From: Enoplolaimus lenunculus
Lineage: Eukaryota
Direction: 5' to 3'
DNA length: 64,000 bases
Assembly (NCBI GenBank): GCA_030248215.1
Contig: JASANG010002365.1
Location: 310,001 to 374,000 of the forward strand
Shown here piece after piece: positions 52,462-64,000 of this stretch; the first letter of the stretch is position 1; the number at the start of each line of letters is the position of its first letter. The notes below the pieces were generated by a model that did no database searches, was not told the DNA's origin, and saw only the letters and a list, made by a program, of their open reading frames with translations. A program made the position numbers and the translations under genes.

Positions 52462-53030
52462 TTAACCGATTCTCACATGATTATTTTTTATTTCATCTGA
52501 TACCTATTTTTGGGCTTGAATTCGAACTCTGACGACTTGCGTTGGAGGCGTTTACCATTACCACTCAGCTACCGGAGATTGACGCTCAAACCTAAGGGGG
52601 CACCCACGGCTTGTGGAGATATGTATTACGCATACGCGTTGTAATTTTCAAAACCAAAAAGACGATGTTTTATTTCACGTATATGGCGTAGGCCACTCTG
52701 CTATTCAGGCCAAGTACTAATTGGCTTACGCCACAGTGCTATTTTGCGTAATAGCAGTTAAGGTTAGGATAAACTGCTATTAAACTGCTAGACCAATCAG
52801 ATTTGATTATTTGAACAAAGGAACGTTCGTTTTACATAACTGTTGTTTTGCTATATCTTACAATCGCTATTCAGCCTAGGCCAAACTGCTATTATCTCAG
52901 AATAGCTGATTGGCCTGGGCCAATGGGTAATTGACCTGAATAACAGTGGGCCAATTGGTAATTGACCTGAATGGCAGTTAGGCCTACTGCGCTAGGTTGC
53001 CTGTAGTCAACTCTATGTGAGAAGGGGTTT
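52462..53030. mobile_element. Older copy of the tRNA-box TIR element, interrupted by a nested MITE (52688-52987)
   Basis: Collinear with 60890-61152 on both sides of a GTAGGCC...GGCCTAC foldback insert. Confidence 0.7.
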
Positions 53031-56000
53031 AACAAATAACGTCAAACTCATAGAAATGTTTTGCCCTCATTTACCCCGCTGTCAAAATCCTTCCTGTGCC
53101 ACTTGGTAATAATCAGATTAAAAACTACAAACCAACAACCGTTGTCTATCGTTACTGCATACCATGCGCACGGATCAGCACAATCTATAACGAACAGATT
53201 AGAAACTCGCTAAAAGATGCAATATAATTCGCAAGTAACCTCAGAATTTTAGACTTTAAAACTTTCCTATCAACACTAATACACCATCATTGTATGAAAT
53301 AAATGTTCCAGTTCACGTGTACTTAAATCAGGGGGCGCATCCTGGAATTGGATCCAAAAAGGAATAACACCGTTTGAAAGGTTATTTGTGCGCGAGTGTA
53401 GCCAACGAGAAAAATGTGACGTTTTTCAGCTTATTCTACAGTGTCTATAATTCCGGTATTACAGTTGTTTTAGAAATTTTTAGGGTGCAAACATCCGCTT
53501 TTTCGGCTCGTTATACACATCCTCATATTGAAATTGTTCATTGACTCTTGTATTTGCATTTAAAACATTGACAAACGCAGGCGTGAAATAAACACATTAA
53601 AAATGTGTTAAAAATGTATTTTTTCAACGTTCATTAAAATAGTCGGAAGGTAAAAAATTCGTTGCAAACTCTGCTCAGCAAAGAAAACATTTTAAAACAG
53701 ATCAAAATTAAAAAAACAAACATTTGGCCAATTTTGATTCGTGCGACAAACGTTTTAAGTATCCACACGACGTCGGCCGGCTGTGTGGCGTACAAAATGT
53801 TTGAAATCTGCCACAACAAAAAAAGTATTTAAAATTACATATTTTAAAAATATTTCTTCGTTGTTTTGAAACAAATCTTTTAAGACAGCCGATGCGACCA
53901 ACGTCGAGTCGATGTGACTCATTGAACAACGATTATGTTGTGATTAAAAAAATGTACGAAAACTGCGTTTTTAGGCAAATGAAGTCAAAAAAAGCGTAGG
54001 TGAGTCGACAAATTAATTTAAGAACAAGAGTCGATAATGACTGTTTTACAATTGTGTGCAACTCGGTACATTTTGTATAGAAATGACCCAGCGCACGTTG
54101 CGTTTTTAGGCAAACATCCACGTATTTTGCACAACCGGAGGTCAGCCTCTGGCTCCGGCTCCGGCAGATGTTTTGCCGGAGGTTCCGGAAATTACGGTAG
54201 TAAAATTGTGCATAATTTTGAAAAATTTATCTGTTTAGTGCGTTTTGTTTTACTTTTGTCACAATTTTCAGGAAACAATTTACAAAATTTCGCAGAAAAT
54301 TAGTGTAAAACCAAACAACTTTAGCAACGTATTGCAGATATTTACTGAAATTAACTAATTAACAATTTATTTTTACAACGTAATCTCGCCTCATCTCCGG
54401 CTCCGGCTCCGGTATTTTTCACCTCCGGTTGCACCCTGGTATGATTATAACCAAATCGTCCTTTTGAAATCGCATAAAATGCAGTACTTGAACGAATAAC
54501 CTATTAAGCAAAATCTATGTTTTAATGGCAAAATTGTACATTTCTCGGCCCACAATCTCAAATGCGCATTAGCCCCTATCATCAGTTAGCGATTGGTCTT
54601 TAAACTGACAAACATATGCAGTTGCAGATCTCAAAATTGGTACAGAAGTAGGGTAAATCAAACGCGAACAATGTGCTGAATTTCGAACCTCATCATGCAC
54701 TGGCTCAAAAACTACAGGACCTATCCCCAACTGATGATAGGTGATACACACATTTGAGAATACGGACTCTAGTTGACACCGAGAGAGTTTATCCTCACGT
54801 TGAACCCCTGATAAGTTTCATTCATCTCAAAAAACAACAATTTTGTCAATTTTTAAGTCATAAAACGACACCCAGCGTAAGTTTTATAAATGTCATCTTT
54901 TCAAATGTGATAAGTTTTTTTATGAGTGACCCACGGCTATTTTTGTCGAAAATATTTTCATTTGAAACTTATATCTTCAATGCTCAAACAGTCAGATCCG
55001 CAACTGAAGTCGGACGGCGATGATGCGACACGCTCTTGCGGATAGTTTTGCCATTTTTGGTCGACATTTTTTCAACTGAGTCATAAGGACTTAGAAAATT
55101 TTGTTTGCCCTTCCCCTGGACACCTTTTTGCATTGTCTACTTGAAATTCTTGGCTGCAGACTGCAGGAAACGTGTTGTCAGCAGGTGCCATTTGCAGTTA
55201 TGGCATCTGCTGGTAAACCCTGGTTTGAGGTACCTGCGGGTGTAAAAGTTTGAACGAACTGAAACAATTCTTTCAATTTGCGTAAACATTGTCTCGAATC
55301 AAACAGTGCAAAACATTGACCCACGCAACCCGAAAATTGTGTTAGCGAATAAATTTGGCCAACAGCAGTTCAAATGATTTCAAGGTCAAAAATGGAAATC
55401 GCGAGCAAAAAAGCCATCGCAGCCTATTCTTCAAAGCCTGGACAAGCGTCTGAGGTGAAAATACGAGCAACAAACCACACAAGCGCACCAATCAGAACGC
55501 CAGACTCCATTTTAGCGTAATCACGCATTTAAATATGTTTAGTGTGGCACAGGTTCTGTGGAGCCATCTGATTGGTTAACCATTTCGACCGCCGTAATTG
55601 ATCCATTGCAGGGCTGGTTAGTGAAGGTCACACGTCCAATCTGCCGAACTCGATCTGCCATTTCTTGTCGTAAAACAACTATGAATATTATATTCCAACA
55701 AATGTAAAAATCAAAATTGTTAAAAATGCTTACAATACGCGTACGACTTAAATGTTTTCAAAACATGGCGCCCATTGGGCCCACATGGAAAGTTATTTTG
55801 AAAATATGTTTCCATCCAAATCGACCAAACCGCTGCTCTGCGACTTTACTCAACACAGCGCGTTTTTCCAACTGCTTTTATCGTCGACTAAATGTAGACG
55901 CGTATGCTGCCAGCAAGCATACCACATATAAAATTGCAATGAATTGATATATACAAAAACAAGCATGTCTCGCATGTTTACAATTCTATTAATAAATCTG

Positions 56001-57724
56001 CCAGAATAACGCTTGAGCTATACTTTTGATGGCGTCCGGCGCTGTCCGTCACTGTGCGTCATGCGTACTTTCGTACGCCATTTAAATACGTACGATACCG
56101 TATAGCGACGGGCGGCGCCACACGACAAGTATAGCGCCGACCTTAGCGAGAAAATCGTTCAATAGCAGTCAAACATTTTAAGTAAATTTCGAGTAAACTT
56201 GAAATTTTTAAGCATTAATAAATATATGAACCCTGCTCATTTTGTTAACTGCTGATTCGAGCGAGAAAGTCAGAAATTGTTAAAACTTTAGTAAAGAATT
56301 TTTAACTGAAATCTTGTAGACTTGAATACTCCATTTTGAGAATTCTGTTAATCGATTCGAACAATGTTACTTTAAGGGGCGTAACAGTAGGTTAAGTGTA
56401 TTCCTAAGCCAAAGCGTTAAAGACTAAGCGTTGCAAACCTGTGTTTCTAAGCCTAAGCTTAAGCCTAAGCAAAAAATATAATCTAGAATCTATTAAACCT
56501 ACTCTTTTATAGACCCACCAGAAACCTGGACGCCCCTTAAAGTAACTTGGGCCATCGTTCGATATTTGTATTTACAAAAGAAATACAGTACAACTGTATG
56601 GAAAAAACGTGTAATTTAAATATGTTAAAATGCTTGAAACGTGGCTAATCGCACAAAGCCACTAAGGTCCCTCCTTACCTTACAATTTCTTCACCTCAAA
56701 AAAATGTTTTTTTTGAGAAAAAAACAATTTTTCCCGCAGAATTTTTTGTGATAAAATGGTAACATTACAAGTTTTGCGTAACATAACATTTGCCAGCCCG
56801 CCCGTCCCTGTCAAACAATTTTTTTGGAACAGCCTCTACATAAAGCAATAGAGTTTTTAGAAAACTTAAAATAAGCAAAAATAGAACTTAATATATATAA
56901 CGAACTCGAAGTTAATATTTAGAAAAATAAAGTCTGACAATGCTACTGTTTAGGTATTCACTGGCGTACCTAAGAAATATCACTCTGAACGGGACAATCG
57001 CCCCACTGGATGTAGAGAACACGACCGAAACAGTAGTATAAACATATTCTTAAGCCTAAGACTAAGCCCAAACCTAAGCATAAGCGTACGGTTGAGCCTA
57101 TTTTTAAGCCTAAGCCTAAGCCTAAGCAAAAAACTTAGTCAAAAGCTTAAACTGAATCTATTACAGCCCCCTCCATAAAACGATCCGGCCCTGTTCTATA
57201 CATCGGCCACCCCACTTATACAGACATGAACGTCAACAATTTGCACCATAATGTTACTTTTAGAGGGCGTCCAGGTTTCTGGTCTATAAAAGAGTTAGAT
57301 TCTAGATTACACTGTTATGCTTAGGCTTACACTTTAGGAACACATTTTCCAACGATTAGGCTTAGCCTTAGTCTTAGAAATACGCTTAATCTACTGTTTA
57401 CGCCCCTAAAAGTAACACTGGTCAAAATGACAATGTACTTAAATTTTTATTCTTCAGTTATTCATTTTCTGAATATAACAAGTCGTCGTTGGCCGTATAT
57501 TACAACGATGCCCAAAATACGCATGGTAACTTTTCCAGCTTTAATATCGATATGACCAATCGAATCAAATTCGGCGTGTTTCCTAAGTCACGCCATGCTA
57601 TTTTAGAAAATTTTCGCTGGCAATCGTTACCAATGCAAATGATTGCAAGCCAATGTCAAAGAAAGTAAAAATGAAATTTGTTTACTTTTAGCAGACAACA
57701 GTTATAAATTTAGAAAAACAGTTA

Positions 57725-57909
57725 TATATATACATATAAATAAATTAATAAATAAATAAATAAATATATAAATAAATAAATATATAAATATATAAATATA
57801 TAGATAAATAAATAAATAAATATATAAATAAATATATAAATATATAAATATATAGATAAATAAATAAATAAATATATAAATAAATAAATAAATAAATAAA
57901 TATATATAT
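57725..57909. repeat. (TAAA)/(TA) low-complexity repeat
   Basis: Visible AT-only tetranucleotide and dinucleotide runs. Confidence 0.9.
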
Positions 57910-59108
57910 CGAACGATAGTAGAATTGCAAAGTGTCAAGTGCAACCATAACATTTTCGCTGTTTTCAAGACTTTGGCAATTTGTTACATTTTTAATCGGT
58001 GTACATTTTGCAGTTTTGTCAAACTACGACACTGAGCGAAGAAAAGAGCAGACTAAATAACTGCAACAAAATTGTTCGCTGTACTCGTAAAGCATTCAGT
58101 GAAGAAGGTGCGACACATAAGTTAGGGTTTAAGAGGGTTAAATTTGTATCATTTTCGGCGCGTGTTGACTATTGGGGCCTGTCTACTGAAATTGTAGCTT
58201 AAATCTAAGCTTAAACCTAAGCCTAATAAACATAAACAGAAACTTATATTAAACATAAACCTATGTTTTTAGTCTCTAACTCCCATGGTTGTCCTGTCTT
58301 TCAGTAGGCAGATCTCTGCAATTTACACCGGCTTTTTATGTTCCAAATCACTTATGAACAGGCAAAATTTGATTAATGATAAAATTTTTGGCCCATGTTA
58401 CTTTCAGGGCTGTCCCGGTTTCTGGTGGGTCTTTAAAAGTGTAGGCTTACATTATAGACTACCATTTTGGCTTAGGCTTAGGCTGAGGAGTACGCTTTTG
58501 CAACCCTTACTTACTCACTAAAAATATACTTAAAATTAAGTAAAACTGTTGCAGAATTAAGTGTCGGTTTTACTTACTATGGTGCTTGACAAAGTTTTAT
58601 TTAATTTTAAGCTAACTGAAAAATTTTAACTTTTCATTTACTTAATCAGGAAATGGCAGCAGTAGTTTTACGTATTCACATTATTTAAGCAAAAATTTAC
58701 TCAATATTTAGTACACTTATACTTAAAAAAAGTTAGTAAAATATAACTGCAGTATTTTAAATAGTGTTGTTACAAAGTAGGCTTAGCTTAAGCTTAGGAA
58801 TACGCTTAATCTACTGTTACGGCCTTAATATTGGCAACAGGTTAATGAGGAAAATACTCATATTATTAAGAAACAAATTACACCGCAAAACCAAATATTT
58901 AATTGCTTATAAAAGTTCTCAAATTTAAAGACTTAAATTTTAAAATAATTCAATTTTTAGTATATTTAATATGTATGACAATGTTGAGATCGCAATGAAA
59001 TTATGTATTCACAGTGTAACTATGGGATTGCATTCATCATATATGCGGATAAATTCCGATGGTTAAATATTAAATATATTAAGCAGAAAAATATTGTATG
59101 GCAATGTC

Positions 59109-59362
59109 GGCCCCATGTATAGAACAAGGCTGGATCGCTTTCTGCTGGCGCAGTAATAGAGCCAGTTTAATTTTTAGATTAACATTTTTGCTTAAGCTTA
59201 GGCTTAGGCTTAGGTTTAGGCTTAGGTTTAGGCTTAGGCTTAGGTTTAGGCTTAGGCTTAGGAATAGGCTCATCCTTAAGCTTATATACTTAGGCTTAGG
59301 CTTAGGCTTAGGCTTAGCACTATGCTGCTACCACTGTATCGGCCCTGTTCTATACATGGGCC
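59109..59362. mobile_element. Telomere-repeat MITE copy with long (TTAGGC/TTAGGT)n core
   Basis: GGCCCCATGTATAGAACAAGG...CCCTGTTCTATACATGGGCC. Confidence 0.8.
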
Positions 59363-60889
59363 GTAAGTCCCAATCTTTACCTCAAAAAACTTTTTCCAGC
59401 TTACACGGGTTGTGTTCAGAGCGGCGTATCACTTTCCGTTCTCAATGGAGTTTCGGCGGAGTGGTGACGAATACAGCGGACCCTTTTTGACAACCAGAGG
59501 AGAACGCAGTGCAGAAATTCGCATCTTGCTAAACAAATCATAGAAACGGAAGAATCGCTTAAACCAATGAAAAGTCGCAGCGGGCACAGGCGCCACACCA
59601 ATCAAAACTCGCTACGGGCACAGGCTCCTCTATCAACCAATCAAAACGTGCTGCGGGCACGAGCTATCCTTTAAACCAATCAAAACACAGTGCGAACACG
59701 AACGACTGTATGTATGTGTAAGCTGATGAAGCTATAGCCCCTGTTTCAGTCCTGTAGCCAGCTCACCTTGCTTTTTAAATCGAAAAAATACTCCCAAGGG
59801 GTATGACAAAGATTAAGGCTCCGTAGTTGAAAGGGAAAACATTAATTGATCAGCAATTTATACGTATGGGCAGCTATATAGAGTCGGTTAGCCCTATGTA
59901 TAGAACAGGGCCGGATCGTTTTCCGGAGGGGACTTTGCCTAATAAACCTAAAACAGTCTTTAAATAACTTTTTGTCACAATAAAATGATATAAAAACGGT
60001 CTTATTTTTTGTAAACTTTCCACTCAAACAGTAACAGTTCACCGTCATTTTGAGTAAATTTTTATTTTATTTTCTCATTTTTGAGTGAAAAGTATAGTTT
60101 TTTTTCGCTTTCAACTGTTTCATTTGTAGACATTTTGTTTCAAGCAAATTTTATTGCGGTATGTTTTTTAAATTCATTTTAATGAAACGTACACTTGTGT
60201 GTGTAGTATACGCAGCTGTGAAACGACTACGATCGAAGACTCAAATTAGAGATGAAAAAAATAATTTTGATTCAAGCTTATCATCACAAATTGAAATTAA
60301 AAATAAAAGTCATGACTTTGAAAATTAATGAAATTACACCGCTTGCAGAATTCGCTTTGCAATTTTAAAATTATGAAAAAATTCTGTCTTTCACACATTC
60401 GACCACAACACTCACCCCCCATGCATCCGAACAAAACTGACTCGAGCTATAGTCGTATTGAACAAGCATTACAAGTGGTGGCTTACACTGCGGTTACAAT
60501 AATTTTATTATATTACTACTGTTATTATTAGTATTTATTACTACTGTTTTTATTTCTTATTATCAGTGCTAATGACGTTATTCAAGAGAGGGTTTTGACG
60601 GAGACATCCCGTCTCTGTCTTAGAGTCCCTTGAGGTTCAGGGGCCACGGCTGTTTTGCGGACCCAAAAAACGAATTTTTTTACGTGTGGGGAAAGTTTTC
60701 TCTGTTAGGGACAGTAAAAACGTGCCAATTAAAAGACGGATCAAACTGCACTCGGACCACCGAATCATTTTGACTCCAGCGTGTTTTATTTGAGTAGAGC
60801 AATTTTAATGCAGACCCGATATAGCTCACCTACAAAAAACATCGCAAGAATGAGTGAAATATTGGCTGGGTTTATGAAAACTTACTTAA

Positions 60890-61152
60890 CCCTTTCTCAC
60901 ATGAATATTTTCTATTTCCCCTGAGACCTAGTTTTATGCTAGGATTCGAACTCCAGTGACTGGAGTGGGAGGCGTATACCATCACCACTCAGCTATAGGA
61001 GCTTGACGCTCGAGCCCGAGGGGGCTCTCACGTCTTGTGGCGATTTAGTACTATGTATACGTGTTGCAATTGTTAAACACGGTGCGATATATATTATTTA
61101 CCGTATATACACTGCGCTGAGTTGCCTATAGGCAACTCAATGTGAGAAGCGG
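60890..61152. mobile_element. Short TIR element with internal tRNA-like A/B boxes
   Basis: TTAA|CCCTTTCTCACAT...ATGTGAGAAGCGG. Minus-strand A box TAGCTGAGTGG (60985-60995) and B box GTTCGAATCC (~60942-60951). 22-bp palindrome at 61118-61139. Confidence 0.8.
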
Positions 61153-61503
61153 TAAAGTATTTACATAAGTTGTACTTGAGTAATTATTTTACTCTCTGAC
61201 TTAAGTAAATACTTAACGTTTTGAGCAAAAATAATTAACCAACAAAGTGGTCATTGTCATAACTCTAAAACCACAGTTTTGCTTTATATTAAAAAGGCAT
61301 CGTATGTCTTCAATTTCATTAGACCAAGGTTAATATGCCTATTCTCTTAATCTGTAATATATCAAGTTTAGTCAGTGTCTTAAGTAATTAAGTACACGTT
61401 GAAAAACGACAAAATGGTCAAGTAATTGCTTTCCACATACTTAGCTACTAAGTCGTATCTAAGTAGGTTTTGAGAAATCAAGTCAGCGTATTATAGGCAA
61501 ACA

Positions 61504-64000
61504 TTATAGCGCAACTGGAGTCGGTGGTTCATCGCCATTGGCCGAAATACATTCATCAGACGTACAAAATACAACTTCAGTTTCTTTTTTCGGATCTACA
61601 GCAGCCGACAGAGCGTCTTCGATATCTACAACACCGTTCACACTGCCATATGCGTACACGTTTGCTGAATCTGTCAAACAATTATTATCAACTGCTGCTG
61701 GCGTCGAACACTGCTGTTTCGTTTGTTGAATAATGTCTTGTTTGTGTTGTTGTTGTTGTTGTTGAATAAATTTGTTTTGGCTTAATCCGCGTAAATCGGT
61801 AGCTATCTGTTGCAGTGATGGCTGTTTTTGATTGGCTAATTCTTGTAGGGTTCGATTTTGAGCAATTGCAAGTACTTCACCATCGGTATACGCTCCTAGA
61901 TTTGGTGTAATGTTCACACGTTCAATGGAGTTGAGTTTTGGTTGGAGTGTTGGTTGAATTTGACGACTTAGAGTACCATTTGTTGCTAATGGGCTGTTTA
62001 ACTCACTGGCCATATTGTTATAGTGAAATGATTTTGATTTAGACAACTTATAATCGGGATAGGATTCATAGGTATAATTCTGGTTACTATGAAACGAATT
62101 TTGGTTAAAGTTATTAACGTGACCAGTGTGTCCATTCGAAATATTACTATGACTAGATGAGATACGCTTGTTTTCAAGAGTGCCGCTGTTGTTTGGCGTA
62201 CCGTCAGACAGTATGCTTCCGCGACAAGACGAAGGCTTTGTTGAAGATATGTCCAAAATTGGAGCAGTAAATTCGAGCACATTTGACATGCGTTCAGAGC
62301 CGTTTTGGTCTTTTAGTGATACTTTTGCTAAATAAATTTTTCCAGGTTTGAGTGAGTTTAGCTGCGTTTCGCGCACACCTTTGACTTCGTATTTTGACCA
62401 CGTTTCGTGATTTGTTGCGTTTTTGCGTTTGTAATATATGGTGTAATTCTAAAAAAAGGAATACGGATACGGTTCAGTTCAATTCAATTCGTCCTGAGGA
62501 AATCGACCAACTTTTCTTTTTTGAAATCGGAGCTTTGCCTGTATAATTAAGAGGGCCATGGAAAGAACAGGGCCGGATCGTTTTCCGGATGGGTTGTAAT
62601 AGAGTAAGCTTAAGCTATAGACTAATTTTTTTGGCTTCGCTTAGGCTTAGGCTTAGGCTTAGGAATATGCTCATTCTTACGCTTAGGAATATGCTCATTC
62701 TTACGCTTAGGCTTAGGCGTAGGCTTAGGAATATATGTTTATAGAACTGTTCCGCCCGAGTTCTTTACATTGGCCAATTAAGATACGTCCATATTTTGAG
62801 TATCAATCAATAAGGAGTCTGTAATCCTAATTATAGCTGTCATGAAAATTTCTCTTTAAAAGACAAACAGATGGTCAGACGTTCAGATAGTGACCCGAAC
62901 ACAGACAACACGCATATAAACTTTATTAAATTAAGAAAAAGATTAAGGGATATGGCGATCAGCATGAGTCCAATTGCAAATCAATAACAGTCCGTAACCG
63001 AATAACAGGCGTACTCTCTAGACAAGCAAAATAAATATCAGTCCCATCCACTTATTCGGATCACTACAGTATACCAATTAAAGTTTTGGCTATTTTTTGA
63101 AAGAAATCCAAATGCTCTTTTGTGATTTAAAAATTTACTTCAGTTTACAACAGAATCTTCAAATTATCTCATTGAAAGCGTTATTTTTCAGCTTTAAACT
63201 AAAAAAACAGCTAATATCAGTTTTGTATGCTTACCCTGTTCACATCTTCATCGAGTATCGACGTGTCCCACGTTAGCTTTACTATTTGTTGCGATATGAC
63301 ACTGATACGGAGGTTGCACGGAACAGCACCAAGTTCTGAAATAAACAAAATTACTAAAATCATTCAATAATGAAAAATGATACCATGACACTGGTTAATA
63401 TCAAATCTGCAGATGTCCAAAACTTTTCAATTGCTCCAAATCACTTTTAGCAATGTCGGCAGAAGCGTCCCTAACTTCCAATCAAAAGGCAGGCTCTTGG
63501 GAGGGCCCGTCTTTGCAAGCTGAGAAATTATTTCGCGGACCACAAAATAATTGAACTGTGAAGCAGTTTTTGGGGTCCTCTTCGGATCCGTTTAGGGGTG
63601 GCCGTCTATCTTGACGCCGGTCGTAGGTACAAGATGGAAATGAGTCTAGATAAATTTAAGCAAAATGTGTCGACTTTAGAATTTACTAGTCTGCCAGCTT
63701 TACGCAATGCGCAAACGTTAGCGAAAGCGCAAAAATTTCCTTGCAAATTTTCTTGTCATAAAACAATCACGTGTATTTCTTAAGAAATTATTCTAAATAA
63801 AGCAATACTGGAAAGGTGCCCAAAATACGTATGTGGAGCGTTCCAGCTTTAATATATAGGTTACCAATTATTCGTCTTGAATGTGAAGAGTCAGTGGCCA
63901 CCCAAAACAGTGACCGTTGCAAAGCAACGGATATTTTCGTATTAAACTGCAGTTTGAATTTAAACTGGACACTTACCGTGTAATTCGGACACTTTGCCGC
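61504..64000 (-). CDS. Fibronectin type III domain protein with low-complexity Q/N/S-rich C-terminal tail (3' exons only)
   Basis: Exons 64000-63977 (partial), 63335-63235 (LGAVPCNLRISVISQQIVKLTWD...) and 62448-61504 (NYTIYYKR...W...LNSLKPGKIYLAKV...TAA). Phases are consistent. The FN3 pattern P..L...L.W / Y.I.Y / L.PG..Y is present. Confidence 0.8.
62553..62775. mobile_element. Telomere-repeat MITE copy in the FN3 gene intron
   Basis: Same TIR; TSD AATTAAGA. Confidence 0.85.

Noticed and set aside
48500..61500. Additional protein-coding genes or a transposase among the short ORFs
   Set aside because: The ORFs map to MITEs or low-complexity DNA (e.g. LRLRL from TTAGGC) with no recognisable domains. 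Small exons could have been missed.

Overview
AT-rich, intron-rich animal genomic DNA, probably from a nematode (inferred from abundant TTAGGC telomere-type repeats and TTTCAG/TTTTAG acceptors). Four spliced genes can be built by hand with consistent GT-AG phases. (1) The 5' part of tomosyn/STXBP5 (- strand, ATG 19515, runs off the left edge). (2) A complete 11-exon PLP-dependent L-threonine/serine ammonia-lyase with a C-terminal ACT-like domain (+, 25327-41672, 579 aa). (3) A 3-exon, membrane-anchored tandem-rhodanese protein lacking the catalytic Cys (-, 48499-44661, 475 aa). (4) The 3' end of an FN3-domain gene (-, runs off the right edge). Introns and intergenic DNA are packed with non-autonomous DNA transposons (MITEs). 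The most striking object is a complete 514-bp miniature LTR retrotransposon (TRIM) at 20166-20679. It has identical 209-bp TG...CA LTRs, a tRNA-Gln PBS, a PPT and a 5-bp TSD, and each LTR carries a tRNA-like Pol III cassette. Also notable are an 8-bp-TSD MITE family that disperses telomeric (TTAGGC)n and a second MITE family with a tRNA-like A/B-box core.
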